Below the pieces are notes generated by a model, which did no database searches, was not told where the DNA came from, and was given only the letters and a program-made list of their open reading frames with translations. A stretch of DNA of 62,879 bases, the filler included, from Stramenopiles sp. TOSAG23-2 (taxonomy: Eukaryota): assembly GCA_900128395.1 (NCBI GenBank). It is 19 parts of 19 records of this genome, joined end to end, with 100 filler letters (N's around TTAATTAATTAA, not from the genome) between each part and the next. Parts side by side here need not be neighbours in the genome. Positions count along the whole stretch, not along the records: positions 6,902 to 10,250 come from LT651247.1; positions 10,351 to 13,697 come from LT651248.1; positions 13,798 to 17,141 come from LT651249.1; positions 17,242 to 20,585 come from LT651250.1; positions 20,686 to 24,023 come from LT651251.1; 14 more parts are not named here. The stretch is one strand, 5' to 3'. Positions 8,801-21,202 of the stretch are shown piece after piece (the first letter of the stretch is position 1; the number at the start of each line of letters is the position of its first letter). Both the position numbers and the translations under genes were made by a program.

Positions 8801-9325
8801 GCAAATAGTAGTAATAATAATAATAATCGAAATTATAACAATCAATCGCATATACGAAAAAATATAATGAGATTCAATCATTCAACTTCACGTAGGAATA
8901 AGAAAAAAGATCATATGGATAGTAGTTATATCAATAAATATTACAATATATTGCCAAGTAGTAAAGAAACTACACCATCACCAGCTGCTTTAATGCAATC
9001 CATTGCTCAATCTCAAGCACATCGAATTGATAGAATTAGGCCTGCAACAACAACAGCAAATCCAGTTAATGATCGTAATAAAAATGATATGTTATCACGA
9101 CTTAGAAAACGTTTTGGAAGACCAGATATAACACCAATCAGGCCTTTATCCAAATCAGCTGCACATCCAAGGAGGCGTAAGCCATTATCACGAAAATTAT
9201 ACCAAGAATTGGAACAAGTACCGAAATCACCATATAAAGAATGGCTGAGAGTATTGAATGATGAAGACGGAGCAAAGAAAGGTGAAAAAACTCAACATGC
9301 ATATTATGTACCTATGTATGCGTAA
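8801..9325 (+). CDS. Hypothetical basic protein, 3' part (frame open upstream with a poly-Asn run)
   Basis: The frame of 8867 continues upstream as ANSSNNNNNRNYNNQSHIRKNI, typical of this genome's low-complexity coding. Confidence 0.55.
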   Translation, partial: ANSSNNNNNRNYNNQSHIRKNIMRFNHSTSRRNKKKDHMDSSYINKYYNILPSSKETTPSPAALMQSIAQSQAHRIDRIRPATTTANPVNDRNKNDMLSRLRKRFGRPDITPIRPLSKSAAHPRRRKPLSRKLYQELEQVPKSPYKEWLRVLNDEDGAKKGEKTQHAYYVPMYA

Positions 9326-9475
9326 ATAAATATCATATTTTTTGACGAACACGTGTATTTTAGTTTTTTTATAAATAATAAAAAAAGCTTTTATTTACAC
9401 ACGTAGACTCTTATATACGAAGTTCGTATATATTATATAATATACGGTATATATTCCAACACATCATATACATAT

Positions 9476-9847
9476 TTATGGCTCTTCCCACATACGACCA
9501 TTAACATATTTTGGTATTAAAGATAATTCATCATTAGCCATTGATAGTAGTTCTTCTATATGACCCAGACCTACAGTTTCCTCAATTTGTTTAATATCAG
9601 TTTGATCTTTGCATACTTGTAAACGATATTTATAGATTGCTTCCACATTTTGTCGGTAAGTAGCATCTTCTGGTATTCCTTGCACCTCTGTTAAAATGTT
9701 TTCGCATGCAGCCATAAGCTTTTCCCTAGGTTCTGATTGCACTGGTAGACCTACCAAACCTGTCGTTTGTTTAGTATACGTAGAAAAATAATTATTAATT
9801 TGACGATTATTTTGCTGTCTTGCTATTTTTACAATATTCCTAAACAT
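9476..9847 (-). CDS. NDUFA5: Mitochondrial complex I subunit B13 / NDUFA5
   Basis: TTGLVGLPV..PRE.L, IPEDATYRQNVE, GLGHIEELLSMANDEL and MWEE motifs; presequence-like N-terminus. Confidence 0.92.
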   Translation of the reverse strand: MFRNIVKIARQQNNRQINNYFSTYTKQTTGLVGLPVQSEPREKLMAACENILTEVQGIPEDATYRQNVEAIYKYRLQVCKDQTDIKQIEETVGLGHIEELLSMANDELSLIPKYVNGRMWEEP

Positions 9848-10350
9848 GATGTTGATTATAAATTTTTTTCCAATTTACAAAAAAAATAACAAATATATAT
9901 ATATATAAATACTAATATTTCAACACTAAAAAAAATTCAATTAGATGAATACAAAATACAACGGAAGATTGATCTTATATATATTATATATTATATATTC
10001 AATGTACCTTGATTGTATTGTTTCAATTTAAATTATATACATATATATATTCTATTTATTCATTTTGTGTGCCTTGTAATTTTAAAAAATAATTCCACCC
10101 TCTTCCCTTTATTTATACTTGGAAGGTAAATTAGTATATGATTGTATGCAGATCACCTATCAAATAAAGATGATTACGAATTATTACGAATTACTACCAA
10201 TGAAGGTAAAATAAAAATAAAATAAAAAATAATCTAATAATATGAATATTNNNNNNNNNNNNNNNNNNNNNNNNNNNNNNNNNNNNNNNNNNNNTTAATT
10301 AATTAANNNNNNNNNNNNNNNNNNNNNNNNNNNNNNNNNNNNNNNNNNNN

Positions 10351-12545
10351 ATATTAGGATCAGCTTCACCTTGTTCAATCAAATATTTAACTATTTGGAA
10401 ATGTTTGTTCCCTGCAGCTGCTATTAAAGGTGTATATCCATCATAACCACGACTATTTGTACCGACTTGATTCACGTATTCTTCCAATGTCATATTATTA
10501 TTATTACCATTACTACCATTCACATTATTACGCCCTGTAATCAATAATTTCACATCCTCAAAACGTCCTTTTTCATATGCACATACTATTGGCGTACCGC
10601 GTGGAAACTTTTCTTTATATTTTTCGTGAATACTCGCTACTACGTACTCTTCACGTGTAGTAAACCCACCACGTCGTGCTTTCATCATTTCACTTTTTGA
10701 TGTAAAATTACCATTTAAATAGTATTGATAATCATTCCAATGATCGTTTGAATTAAACCCGCAACGTTTAAATTCTTCATAATCATTAAACGTTGTAACA
10801 CCACAATTTCTAGCTTGCATCATTTCACTTTTTGATGTAAAATTACCATTAACACATACATTATAATCATCAATTTCATTATAATTTTGAAATCCTAAAT
10901 TTGTATATGAAATATATACTGCACGTGTAGTAAACCCACCACGTCGTGCTTTCATCATTTCACTTCTTGATGTAAATTTACCATTTAAATAATATTGATA
11001 ATCATTCCAATCATCATTTGAATTAAACCCGCAACGTTTAAATTCTTCATAATCATTATACGTTGTAACACCACAATTTCTTGCATCAATTGTTTCTTTT
11101 CTCGACTTAAAATTACCAGCACGAAAGTATTTATACAACTCCCATGTATCTTCTCCAAGTTTAAATTTGTAAATTAAAAATATACAATCATCTCGATTTT
11201 TTAATTGAGTAATAACATTTTCAACACGATTAAACAAAGCTTGTAAAAGATTACCTTCTGCAATATTTACATCTTGTGCTGCACGATCTAACAATTTCTT
11301 AATCTTACTTTGAAGTTTTGTAGCATCTTGGAATACCACATACGCATATCCAATTTCTTGCATTCTACGTTTTAATGTTTGTTTTTCTTGTTCGAGCAAT
11401 GGTTTTATCCTACTAATTTCATTAAAATTATGTTGATTTTGTGCATTTTTAAAATTATTTTGTAATGTATTCACGCTTATCTGAAGAGTAATTAATTGAG
11501 GTTGTGCTTCATGTAATCGTAAATGCACATCACTTAAATTTCCAACTTTTGTCTCTAACGTTTGAACTTGTTCTTGAAGGTTATTACGGGGAGATATTAC
11601 ATTTGTACGTATTTGTTGCCATTCAACTACTTGTTGAAATAAATGTGGAAAACTTGCTTGTAAATTATGATAAGATTCACTTCCTTGTGGAAAATTTAAA
11701 TTTAATAATTGATACATAGTTTGTATTGCATTATATTGTGAACTATCTCTTGTAAATGTCGCAGCAATTGTATTTTGTAATACAGATGGAACGGATGTAT
11801 TATTGGTCGTAACATCAAAATTTAATTGGATATAATCATGTATTGCTTTGCCAATAACAAACATACATGCTGCTACTTTTGGACGATCTCGTAATTGTAA
11901 ATCTGCAGCATTACTATGCCTTTTATTACCATATTTACGTAATCTATCCAATGCATTGGTAATATGTTCCGGTACAATATTTTTTTGTGATACTAAAAAT
12001 TTAATTTGGGCATCGAGAGAATCAACCCATGCTGGATTACCAGTAAAATCATTTCCCCAAACTTTAATTTTGTAAACATATTGATCGCCATTTGCTTTTT
12101 GCCGATACACATACTTTACACTTTTCTTCGATTGACCATCATCTAGTGGTAAAAATATTTGTGCAGCTGCTTCTGCGCATTTACCAGAGGCACCAATGCA
12201 AACATCTTTACATACAGTTGCATTTGGAAATGAATAAATATCTTGTAACGCATTCATTTGCATAGAAAAACGATATGCTTTTTCACACATAAAAGTATCT
12301 TTTTGTTGTTTCAATGCAAATAAATTATTTCTTAATTGTATCCATTCGTTATGTGTAAACATTATTTCCCGATCGTTTGCTCCAAGATAATGTGTAGGTG
12401 GATATTGTGTATCGTTCCACATATTTGCAGTGCTTGAGGGGCGTTCAACATTTGAGTTGGCATTATTTCCCCCATTGTCACTTTTTGTTTCGTCATCATT
12501 ATTATCATTATTTTGTTGATCCATACCATTAACAAATGAAGACAT
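10351..12545 (-). CDS. HEPN/DUF4145-like domain + coiled coil + GF-repeat region + ankyrin repeats (3' partial)
   Basis: ALDRLRKYGNKRHSN (Rx6H); coiled-coil heptads; 90-aa-period duplication; GTPIVCAYEKGRFEDVKLLI and GYTPLIAAA ankyrin motifs. Confidence 0.75.
10652..11084. repeat. In-frame intragenic duplication with 270-bp period
   Basis: 10652-10814 is nearly identical to 10922-11084, with several substitutions, so it is probably a real duplication. Confidence 0.9.
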
Positions 12546-13395
12546 ATTTTTATTCGGTTTGTTTGATTATTAATTGGTTCACAATGTACTTTTAAATATT
12601 ACTTGTTTAATAGAATTAGGTACAACGAACGAAATATTTTTGTTTCTCTTTCTTATATCACAAATATTATAATAAATAAAACTGACAATTTTACAAGAAA
12701 ATTAGCTTATTTAATTTTGTTTAAATCAATTGATTGACTAATAACGATGAACTATTTTTTTGTTTTATCACAAATACTATACGACTTTAAATCTTACGAT
12801 TAATATTTTTTAACTTTGATTCTCAATTGTTGAATGATAACTGAACGACTAATGAGTTATGTTTTGTTTCTTCTATGTTTCTCATTTCCACTGAGTAATT
12901 TCGTGTTCTGTGATATATATATTACCGAGTTTTATCGATATGTTAAGGAATATGTGTTTTTATTCTTCTATTTTCTCAGACTTTAGCAATCATAAATGAA
13001 ATATTATAGAATAATCAAAATCAATTACTAAACTTTATTCCCTTAACCAATATCCACCGCTCTTACGTGCGTTTGGTGAAGATCTTGTCGATGTCATCGA
13101 GAGTTGTGAACATTTTCCCCTTTTTTCCATTTGATTGTATATTTTTATGTCAATAAACATAAGATATACTTAATAGTATTCCATATTAATTTTACCACCT
13201 TTGAAAACCTCACTAAATCGGATATTTCTTTCAAATTCTATATTGGATCTTACCGCATCATCATCATGTATATACATATTTCCTTACATGATAAACAGTG
13301 TTATTTCTGGATATGCAATCTTTTACATTAACTATGTCTTATAATAATAAATTGGAAAAATAGGATTATCTGAATTTCTACCTCATTTCTGCTTC

Positions 13396-13697
13396 AGACT
13401 ATTGTAAGTCGTACTTAAATATTTCTCAACATACCCAATTAAAATTATTTATATTTTGGTATAAGACTACCATATATTGTACTTCATATTCCTGAATAAT
13501 AATTATACCGATTTAAAATATGATTTTGCTATAAGACTATGGTTTATCGTATTTAAATATTCCTAAATAATACCGATTTTAAACTATGATTTTGCTCTAA
13601 GACTATGTTTTCTCGTACTTAAACATTCCTAAATAATAATACCGATTTAAAGTTGAAATTTAGGTAAAAGACTATTATATATCATACTTCCATATTC
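13396..13697. repeat. Diverged ~68-bp tandem satellite (at least 4.5 units, runs into contig end)
   Basis: AGACT-anchored units start at 13396, 13464, 13534, 13600 and 13669 and share tcgtacttaaatattcctaaataataccgattt-like cores. Confidence 0.85.
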
Positions 13698-14481
13698 NNN
13701 NNNNNNNNNNNNNNNNNNNNNNNNNNNNNNNNNNNNNNNNNTTAATTAATTAANNNNNNNNNNNNNNNNNNNNNNNNNNNNNNNNNNNNNNNNNNNNGAT
13801 TAACTGATGTTGAGTCGCCTGCATATTTCGAAGAATTTAAGCAATTAAACGAATAATCGTTAGCATTAACAATGCAAATTGCATTAATAAATGATAAAAT
13901 AATGAAAACAACTTTTGACATGGTGCCTGTTTGAAAGTGTTGGTATTTCGTGTTGTATAAATATATTGTATGTAAATGTATATCTATGTGTATCTACATA
14001 TATTGGTATTTCGTGTTGTATAAATATATTGTAAAGGACACGAAAATAAGAAGTCAATTTACAAGGTGAATAGGCCTGGAAATTGATTTTATTTTTGTTC
14101 AACTTAAAGTGAAAAACTTATCACACTTGGCTAAATTATGAAAAATAAACGATGTGTTGCGCACGATGCGACGTCGAAAATTTACCATAATTTTACAGAA
14201 TCTCATTTGATTTTAAGTTGTATAGCACTAGGCACCTGCGACCTCGGACACGTTCAGAGTATTATATATCTGAGTATAGTCATAGCACTACAAACATATA
14301 TTAAATTTACGAAAAATGACATAAATTATTTGGAATTCTTATAAATATAAAAAACAACAACGGCAATCTATAAATCATCTCTTTTCAAGTTATTTTTAGG
14401 ATACACATGTGTACATGTACATGGCATTCATCGATATGGTATGGTTGAATGCATAAAGAACAATAAGTAATCAAATGCAAG

Positions 14482-15408
14482 ATGGGAAACATATTGAATG
14501 TTGTAAATAATGATAATAATAAAAAACCAAAGCCGGATGCAGTTTTATTGGAGGAAGTACAAATGTTAACGGATATGAGTGAATCAAATATAAATAGATT
14601 GTATGAAATTTGGATTTCCTATGACACGGATTTTGATGGGGAGATGAGCCAGGAAGAATTTTTATCCATACCTGAAATTGCAGCAAGTCCATTAAAGGAT
14701 CGATTAATGTTGTTACTAAACATGGCGTCTACAGAAACTGGTTCTGATCGTGTCACATTTAATGCATTTGCTATACTCCTTTCAGTCATGTCAATTGTAT
14801 GTAACATTTAATATATATTATAAATCCCATCCATCTAAAAAAAAAAAAATAATAAATATTTCTAACAATAAAATACATTTTTTTTCCTGAACTACATAAA
14901 ATAGGACGGCCCACTTGATAAAAAGATGACATATGCATTTCGTGTTATGGATATGAATAATGATGGTCGTCTTGATAGAAAAGATTTATTAGAATATATG
15001 AAATTGATAACAAAATTTGATGTGAACCAAGTTCCAGAGGAAACGCAACAAGAGTATTTAGAATATTCAGTTGCATCAACATTAAATGAATGCTCTCAGA
15101 ATGGTATATTTATAACATTAGAAGATTTTCAAAAAGCAATGTATGGGTGTGATGATTTTGCTCAGCGGTTTACATTGAATGTCAAAAAAAGAAAAGAAAA
15201 GAAAAAAGGAAAGAAAGGAAAAAAAGAAGACGATGACGATATAGAGGAAGAAGAACAGAAGAAAAACAAACATGTAGAAGAAGATGAGAATGATGATGAA
15301 GTTAAAGTCGAAATAGAAGACAATAATGAACTTATGTCTTCATCCTCAAAATTTGCAAAGTTAGCACGGAAAAGTAAGGCTATGAATAAAGCTTTTCAAT
15401 TAGAATAA
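14482..15408 (+). CDS. Calcineurin B / CHP / CIB-like EF-hand protein; exons 14482-14796 and 14905-15408, intron 14797-14904
   Basis: MGN N-myristoylation-type start; EF-hands DTDFDGEMSQEE and DMNNDGRLDRKD. The GTATGT...ATAG intron joins LSVMSI to DGPLDKKMTYAFRV in frame. Confidence 0.9.
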
Positions 15409-15770
15409 AAATGTGGAGAGAGGAAATATGAATCTTTCTGTGTGCGTGTACCTTTTGAACATTTGACGCACTATTTCAATTAAAAAAAAAAATTGACGAA
15501 TATACAACGCGAAAGTTTTTTTAAAAAAAATATAATTTTTATTTCAATAAAATACGCGTATCATAAAAATGTTAATTTAATTAAAATATTTACCATCATT
15601 ATTTAAATACGTATAATACGGCGTAATAAAAAATAAAAAATATTTTTATTTTATTTTTTTTATGATATATCTCTCATACTCTTTTTTTTTATAAATACCT
15701 CGCTTAAAATATTAACGCGGGTACTCCACCTCACCACACACTCCCCCCACTCGCACACATGTTTGTTTTT

Positions 15771-17141
15771 TTAACACAATGACAAATTCTCAATCGCACT
15801 ATTCAAATCATCTGTAGTAGTAGTTGTTGTTGTTGTACTTTCTAAATTTCCGACAACAGCAGCATCATTTTTAGTTGTATAATTAAAAACTTCACTTTCA
15901 TCAACATCTTCTAGATCTGAATCATAATCACTGTCATCAAGAGCATTTTCTGCTATTATAATCGAACGACGTTTTTGCTTTGCGCGATTTCTTGCTTTTA
16001 TCATTGCATCAATGTCCATCGCATTATCACTTTCATTATTGTTGTTATTGTTGTTATTATCATTAGTATTCGTACTACTATTCCCAGCTTCGTTTACTTC
16101 TTCTTTTTTGCTCGAATTATTAATGTTAAAAAATTCTTCCTCTGTTTTAATATCATTTGTGATATCATCATCTTCATATTCTTCATCATCAGATGCTTCA
16201 GAATCATTATCACTAAAAGAACCAAATTCAACGAAACTTTCCATTGACTTAATATATTGATCCTGTATCAAAGCCATACTTTCAGACGATATGCGATTAC
16301 CATTTAACAACACTTTTGTCTTGTCATTGTTGTCATTATTATTGTTATCATTGCTACTATCATCTTTTTTATTATTATTTAACAACACATCACATATTGC
16401 ATTAACACCATTACGTTTAATGTCACATGTCACCATAGCTAAATGATTTAATTTCTTACTATTTTTTGCAATTGCTCTTGCTACTCGCATGGATCCACGA
16501 CTTCCAATTTCATTATCATCTAAAATTAATTTTTCTAATTGAAGATTGTTTCTAAAAACCAATCCCAATGATAACAATCCTTCATATGTCAAATCATTGC
16601 AACTTATATCCAATTCAATTAAATTTGTACATGTTCCCGTACCAAGCGATAAAAGCAAAGCAGACATACCTTCATCTTCTAATCCTATATCGCTTACCTT
16701 TAAATATTTTAATTTAGTTTTATTTTTCAATACTTGAGCCAAAATTTTACCAGATTCAATACCAAATGTATTATCGCCAACATTGATTGATTCAATATTT
16801 GGGCAAAATTCAAATGCTGCACATAATGCTTCCCCACCATCTCTACCACATCGTGTTGATGATAATTCAAACAGCTGTAAGGATGGTGAATTTTTAACTA
16901 CATCTGCAATGGCAATAGCACCACCACTACCACTCATATTATTATGAAAGCGTAAATGGGTTAAACTTGTTGGCATATTTGCACCACGAAATAATAATAA
17001 ATCGCGAATGGATTCGCATGCCTCTGCACTTAGACCATCATTGCAAAACGATATCCGAGCAAGCGTTTCTTTCGATGCTAATAATGGTTTACAAGCTTCA
17101 ATTCCTCTTGGCCCCAATGCATTTTCCGATACATCTAGTAT
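15771..17141 (-). CDS. RANGAP1: Ran GTPase-activating protein (LRR + acidic tail), 5' partial
   Basis: NDGLSAEAC, LRFHNNMSGSGGAIAI, SSTRCGRDGGEAL and DNTFG match RanGAP LRRs; acidic DDEEYEDDD region. Confidence 0.88.
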   Translation of the reverse strand: MLDVSENALGPRGIEACKPLLASKETLARISFCNDGLSAEACESIRDLLLFRGANMPTSLTHLRFHNNMSGSGGAIAIADVVKNSPSLQLFELSSTRCGRDGGEALCAAFEFCPNIESINVGDNTFGIESGKILAQVLKNKTKLKYLKVSDIGLEDEGMSALLLSLGTGTCTNLIELDISCNDLTYEGLLSLGLVFRNNLQLEKLILDDNEIGSRGSMRVARAIAKNSKKLNHLAMVTCDIKRNGVNAICDVLLNNNKKDDSSNDNNNNDNNDKTKVLLNGNRISSESMALIQDQYIKSMESFVEFGSFSDNDSEASDDEEYEDDDITNDIKTEEEFFNINNSSKKEEVNEAGNSSTNTNDNNNNNNNNESDNAMDIDAMIKARNRAKQKRRSIIIAENALDDSDYDSDLEDVDESEVFNYTTKNDAAVVGNLESTTTTTTTTDDLNSAIENLSLC

Positions 17142-17920
17142 NNNNNNNNNNNNNNNNNNNNNNNNNNNNNNNNNNNNNNNNNNNNTTAATTAATTAANNN
17201 NNNNNNNNNNNNNNNNNNNNNNNNNNNNNNNNNNNNNNNNNTTGTATGAGATAATTTGTAGTTGATCTGTTTGTCTATCGATAATGATTATATGTATCGT
17301 TTTATATAAATACTTCACTATTTTACTATATCAGGTGTCTAATGATATCCCTTCGTTCCATCCAACTACGTTTTTCTAAATACGATGTGATATAAATATA
17401 AATATATGTATCTATGTATCTATGTATGTATTGTATCTATATATTTTATATATATTTTATTGATTTTTATGTTATTTTAATGAAAAAAGTAAAAAAATGT
17501 AAAAATGCGTGTGCGTGTGCGTGCGTGTGGGGGGGGCACCGCCGGTTTTCGTGGATGATCTTTTTTGCAAGTTACTGTAGCACCGCAACCTGGCACTCCC
17601 CAACATATACTATACTATTTTTAATAATAATTCTTAAGAGCTATACGGTACCGTTGTACTGGTACCACGTATACTCCTCTCTTGTTGTTTGTTATTATTA
17701 TATATTACTACCTGTATGTGGTTATTATATGAATAAATACTCGTCGAATAATAACTGTAAAAAAGAACCAACATATGTACCAGTAAAAAATCAACAATCA
17801 TATTCTTTTTCAGACATTTATTTCATTAAGTATTTAAACAATTTTAGATCAACGCGTATTCGCACACACACATACACATATATAGATAAAAATTGCATAC
17901 ACGATAAAATAATTATCAAT

Positions 17921-19973
17921 ATGATCAACAACCGTAGACTTATTCCATTAACGGTTTTAACAGTGTTTTACACAATAATACCCTTCTTTCTTATTACACA
18001 GTGTAATAAATTAGCACAAGCAAGAATAGTAGATCGTGAGATTAACACAGCTGAATCGTTTTACTATGTAGATAGTTTCTGTTTTAATAAACAGGAAGAT
18101 CAAACATATAGTAACGAGAACAACACGTATGGAGCTGTTTATCGCAACGGTATCTTCAGGGTTGAAATGACATACAGCAGGAATGTGAGTTACGGTTTAG
18201 TATTTTATAAATATTTCAATACAACAGGAACGTGGGAACTTTTTAACGAACAATCAAATTGCCTTTCAAGAATTGCTAAATCCGCCACCAACTATTTCCG
18301 AACAAGTTCATTTATTACAGAGCCAGTAACAGCTCTAAAGGGCGGCAAGAATGATAAAGACGGCCAGTATATTAAAGCTATACAAGAGTTTGAATTTAAG
18401 TTGAACGGACCAACTTGGTTTCTTATTGTGTTAACAAACTGCGACTGGAAAGAAGAATATAGCAAGTGGGAACAACAAGATTTAGATGCGATTGTCTCAA
18501 ATTCTAATCAAGGTTCAATTCATACTGACTTTAGGTTAACGATGCTAAATGGAAACGGCCCCTTCAGGCATTTTTCATATAATGAATTTGACGATTTGCC
18601 AATTGCCACTGTATTTTTTTTGGTTTATATAATTTTATTTGGTATTTATGTGGTTATAAGTACCTGTTTATCGAAAAAAACTACATCAAATGGGTCAGAT
18701 TCACCTAGCAGTATAAATCACGCAGTAAATAATAATTATGGATATAGATTATTAAGTCAGCATAAAACGGTGAATTTTCTTGGGTTCTCTATATTATTAA
18801 AATTAATTGGTAATTTCATAGATCTAGTACGTTTAAACGACTATAGCACTATCGAAACCGCTTCAGGGCATGAAGGGAATGGAGGTATCCAAGATTACAA
18901 CTTCTACACAGCTGAAATGATCGGTTTGGTATTTCATCATATGTCAGATGTTGTATTTGTATTAGACATCATGTTAATTGCAAAAGGATGGACGGTAATA
19001 AGACGTAAAATAAGTGCAAAAGGCAGGATTAAATTAGCAATTGTGATGACATTATACTGGTGTGCTGGAATGTTTGCTGTAATTATCTACTCGGAAGGGG
19101 GGCGGCACGGAATAGACCGTATTGAGAATACTTCATATTATACAGGACGTAGTGGTGCGTTTCTTGTATGGATGCGTTTTGGCATTTTAGCTTGGTTTAT
19201 GTTTTCAGCATATACAACATTTACTAAGCCATCATTTAAACGAAAAAGAAAATTTTACAAGATTTATTTTACGCTTGGTCTCTTATATTTACTTATTATC
19301 CCTGTGATTGCCGTATTGTCAACAAATTTTGGTGTAGGTTCTCGTAAAAAATGGGTCAGTTGGACAAGTAATATTTTTATCACATTAGGTCATATGTCAT
19401 TTTTATATATATTTTGGCCATCTAATTATAATGGTTATTTTCCATTTGCATTTGAAACAAAAGAGCAAGAGATGGCACGTATGGATGCATTTAAAAGACA
19501 GTCAGAGACTTTGTTCAATAGACAAGGTGGAGTTACTACTAGTAATTTTTGCATTTGAAACAAAAGAGCAAGAGATGGCACGTATGGATGCATTTAAAAG
19601 ACGGTCAGAGACTTTGTTCAATAGACAAGGTGGAGTTACTACTAGTAATTCCAACGGAAGAGAAGATGCTGGTATTTTCAATGGTAATGACAAGAGTGAA
19701 GTTGAAAATGGTTTTGGACCTCAATATAATACTACTACTACTAATAATAATAATTCTACGAAAAATATTCGAAAAAGAAGTAGTCACCGAGTGTCACGCG
19801 CATCTATTAGTGGTGGTAGCCAAAATGTATCGCCACGTGCAAATATAACAAGTTTAAGTCAAAGTTTAAAAAGCAAAATCAAAGTAATATATGATTATAG
19901 TGAAGATTTGGATGAAGCAATTTCATTATTTTTTGATGAGGAGGAAGATGTAAATATGCATCAGAAAGAATGA
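17921..19973 (+). CDS. TMEM145/GPR180-like (GOST family) 7TM protein; apparent frameshift caused by the 103-bp duplication at 19445-19650
   Basis: Signal-like N-terminus, FYYVDSFCF, WFLIVLTNC, HFSYNE, MLIAKGWTVIRRKIS and FWPS motifs; seven hydrophobic segments. Confidence 0.88.
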
Positions 19974-21202
19974 TTTTCATTTAAATAATTTAATTATAAA
20001 AATACATACACTGATTATACACACATTTAACAAAAAAAACCCACATATTTTACACGGAACGTATAATATGTGCGCGTATTTATTATACGAAGTACGTATA
20101 TATTAATATATTTTAAAATTAAAATACCGTACATATAATTTATATGATACTATCATATCATACTGCGCATAATATGTTCATATGACATCATACTCATGTG
20201 ATAATTTATAATATGATACTCCTTCAAAATACGGGGGTACGAAGTATAACATACGAGTATAAAAAATATTTTTATACGAAGTATTATATTTTTTTAATTT
20301 AATTATAGAAGAGAGAGCAGACGTGCATTAGAGCGCTTTATTAATAGTAGGACAGACTGACTGACGACCATTATTTTCTGAGATAGAGAGTAATATATTT
20401 TGATATATTTTTGAGCTTATGTGCATATATGCATATGCATAGTATTTACCACGGAAAGTAAAATTATAATATATATATGACCCGATTTTTCTGAGAGAGG
20501 ACTTTTCTGGCCGATATTGTCAAATAACATATTATATAGGTAAATATTTCTAGTATACAACTACTCCGTACTTAGACCAGAGATTNNNNNNNNNNNNNNN
20601 NNNNNNNNNNNNNNNNNNNNNNNNNNNNNTTAATTAATTAANNNNNNNNNNNNNNNNNNNNNNNNNNNNNNNNNNNNNNNNNNNNTGAGCATATTATTTA
20701 CCATGAGAAGTAAAACTATTATAACTTAGATTTTAACCAATAATAATAATTATTAAATATAATATAATATAATATATTATACGAACCTTTTGTTCGTATA
20801 CTGCATATAAACGAATATTTTTAATTTTTATTTATTTTTTAAAAATAATATATAATACGAAGTCGTCTTCGTATAAATATAATATACGTGCGCGGATATA
20901 TATATTATATTTATCATTTACTCTCGTATATGATATGCATATTATTAAATATTTTAAATATCATATACGTAAAATTAAAAAAAAATAATAATTGATTCGT
21001 AATAAAATTTATTTTTTATTTTAAAATATAAATAAATTAAATATAGCCAATAGGATCCACTTTTTAAATTTAATACGTAAAAAATTAACGAAGTGCCGAA
21101 CGTCGTTAATAATTTTTATCTTCTCATCCTTTACTTATTAATAGAGCTCTCATGCGCCGCCGCAAGCTAATACTAAATCATAATGCCCCCCCTCCCATGT
21201 TT

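Noticed and set aside
13396-13697. CRISPR array
   Set aside because: Whole units are homologous with no unique spacers, the context is eukaryotic and there are no cas genes.
17414-17920. 169-aa N-terminal extension of the TMEM145-like ORF
   Set aside because: It is AT-rich and microsatellite-containing promoter/UTR sequence; a signal-peptide-like start lies at 17921.
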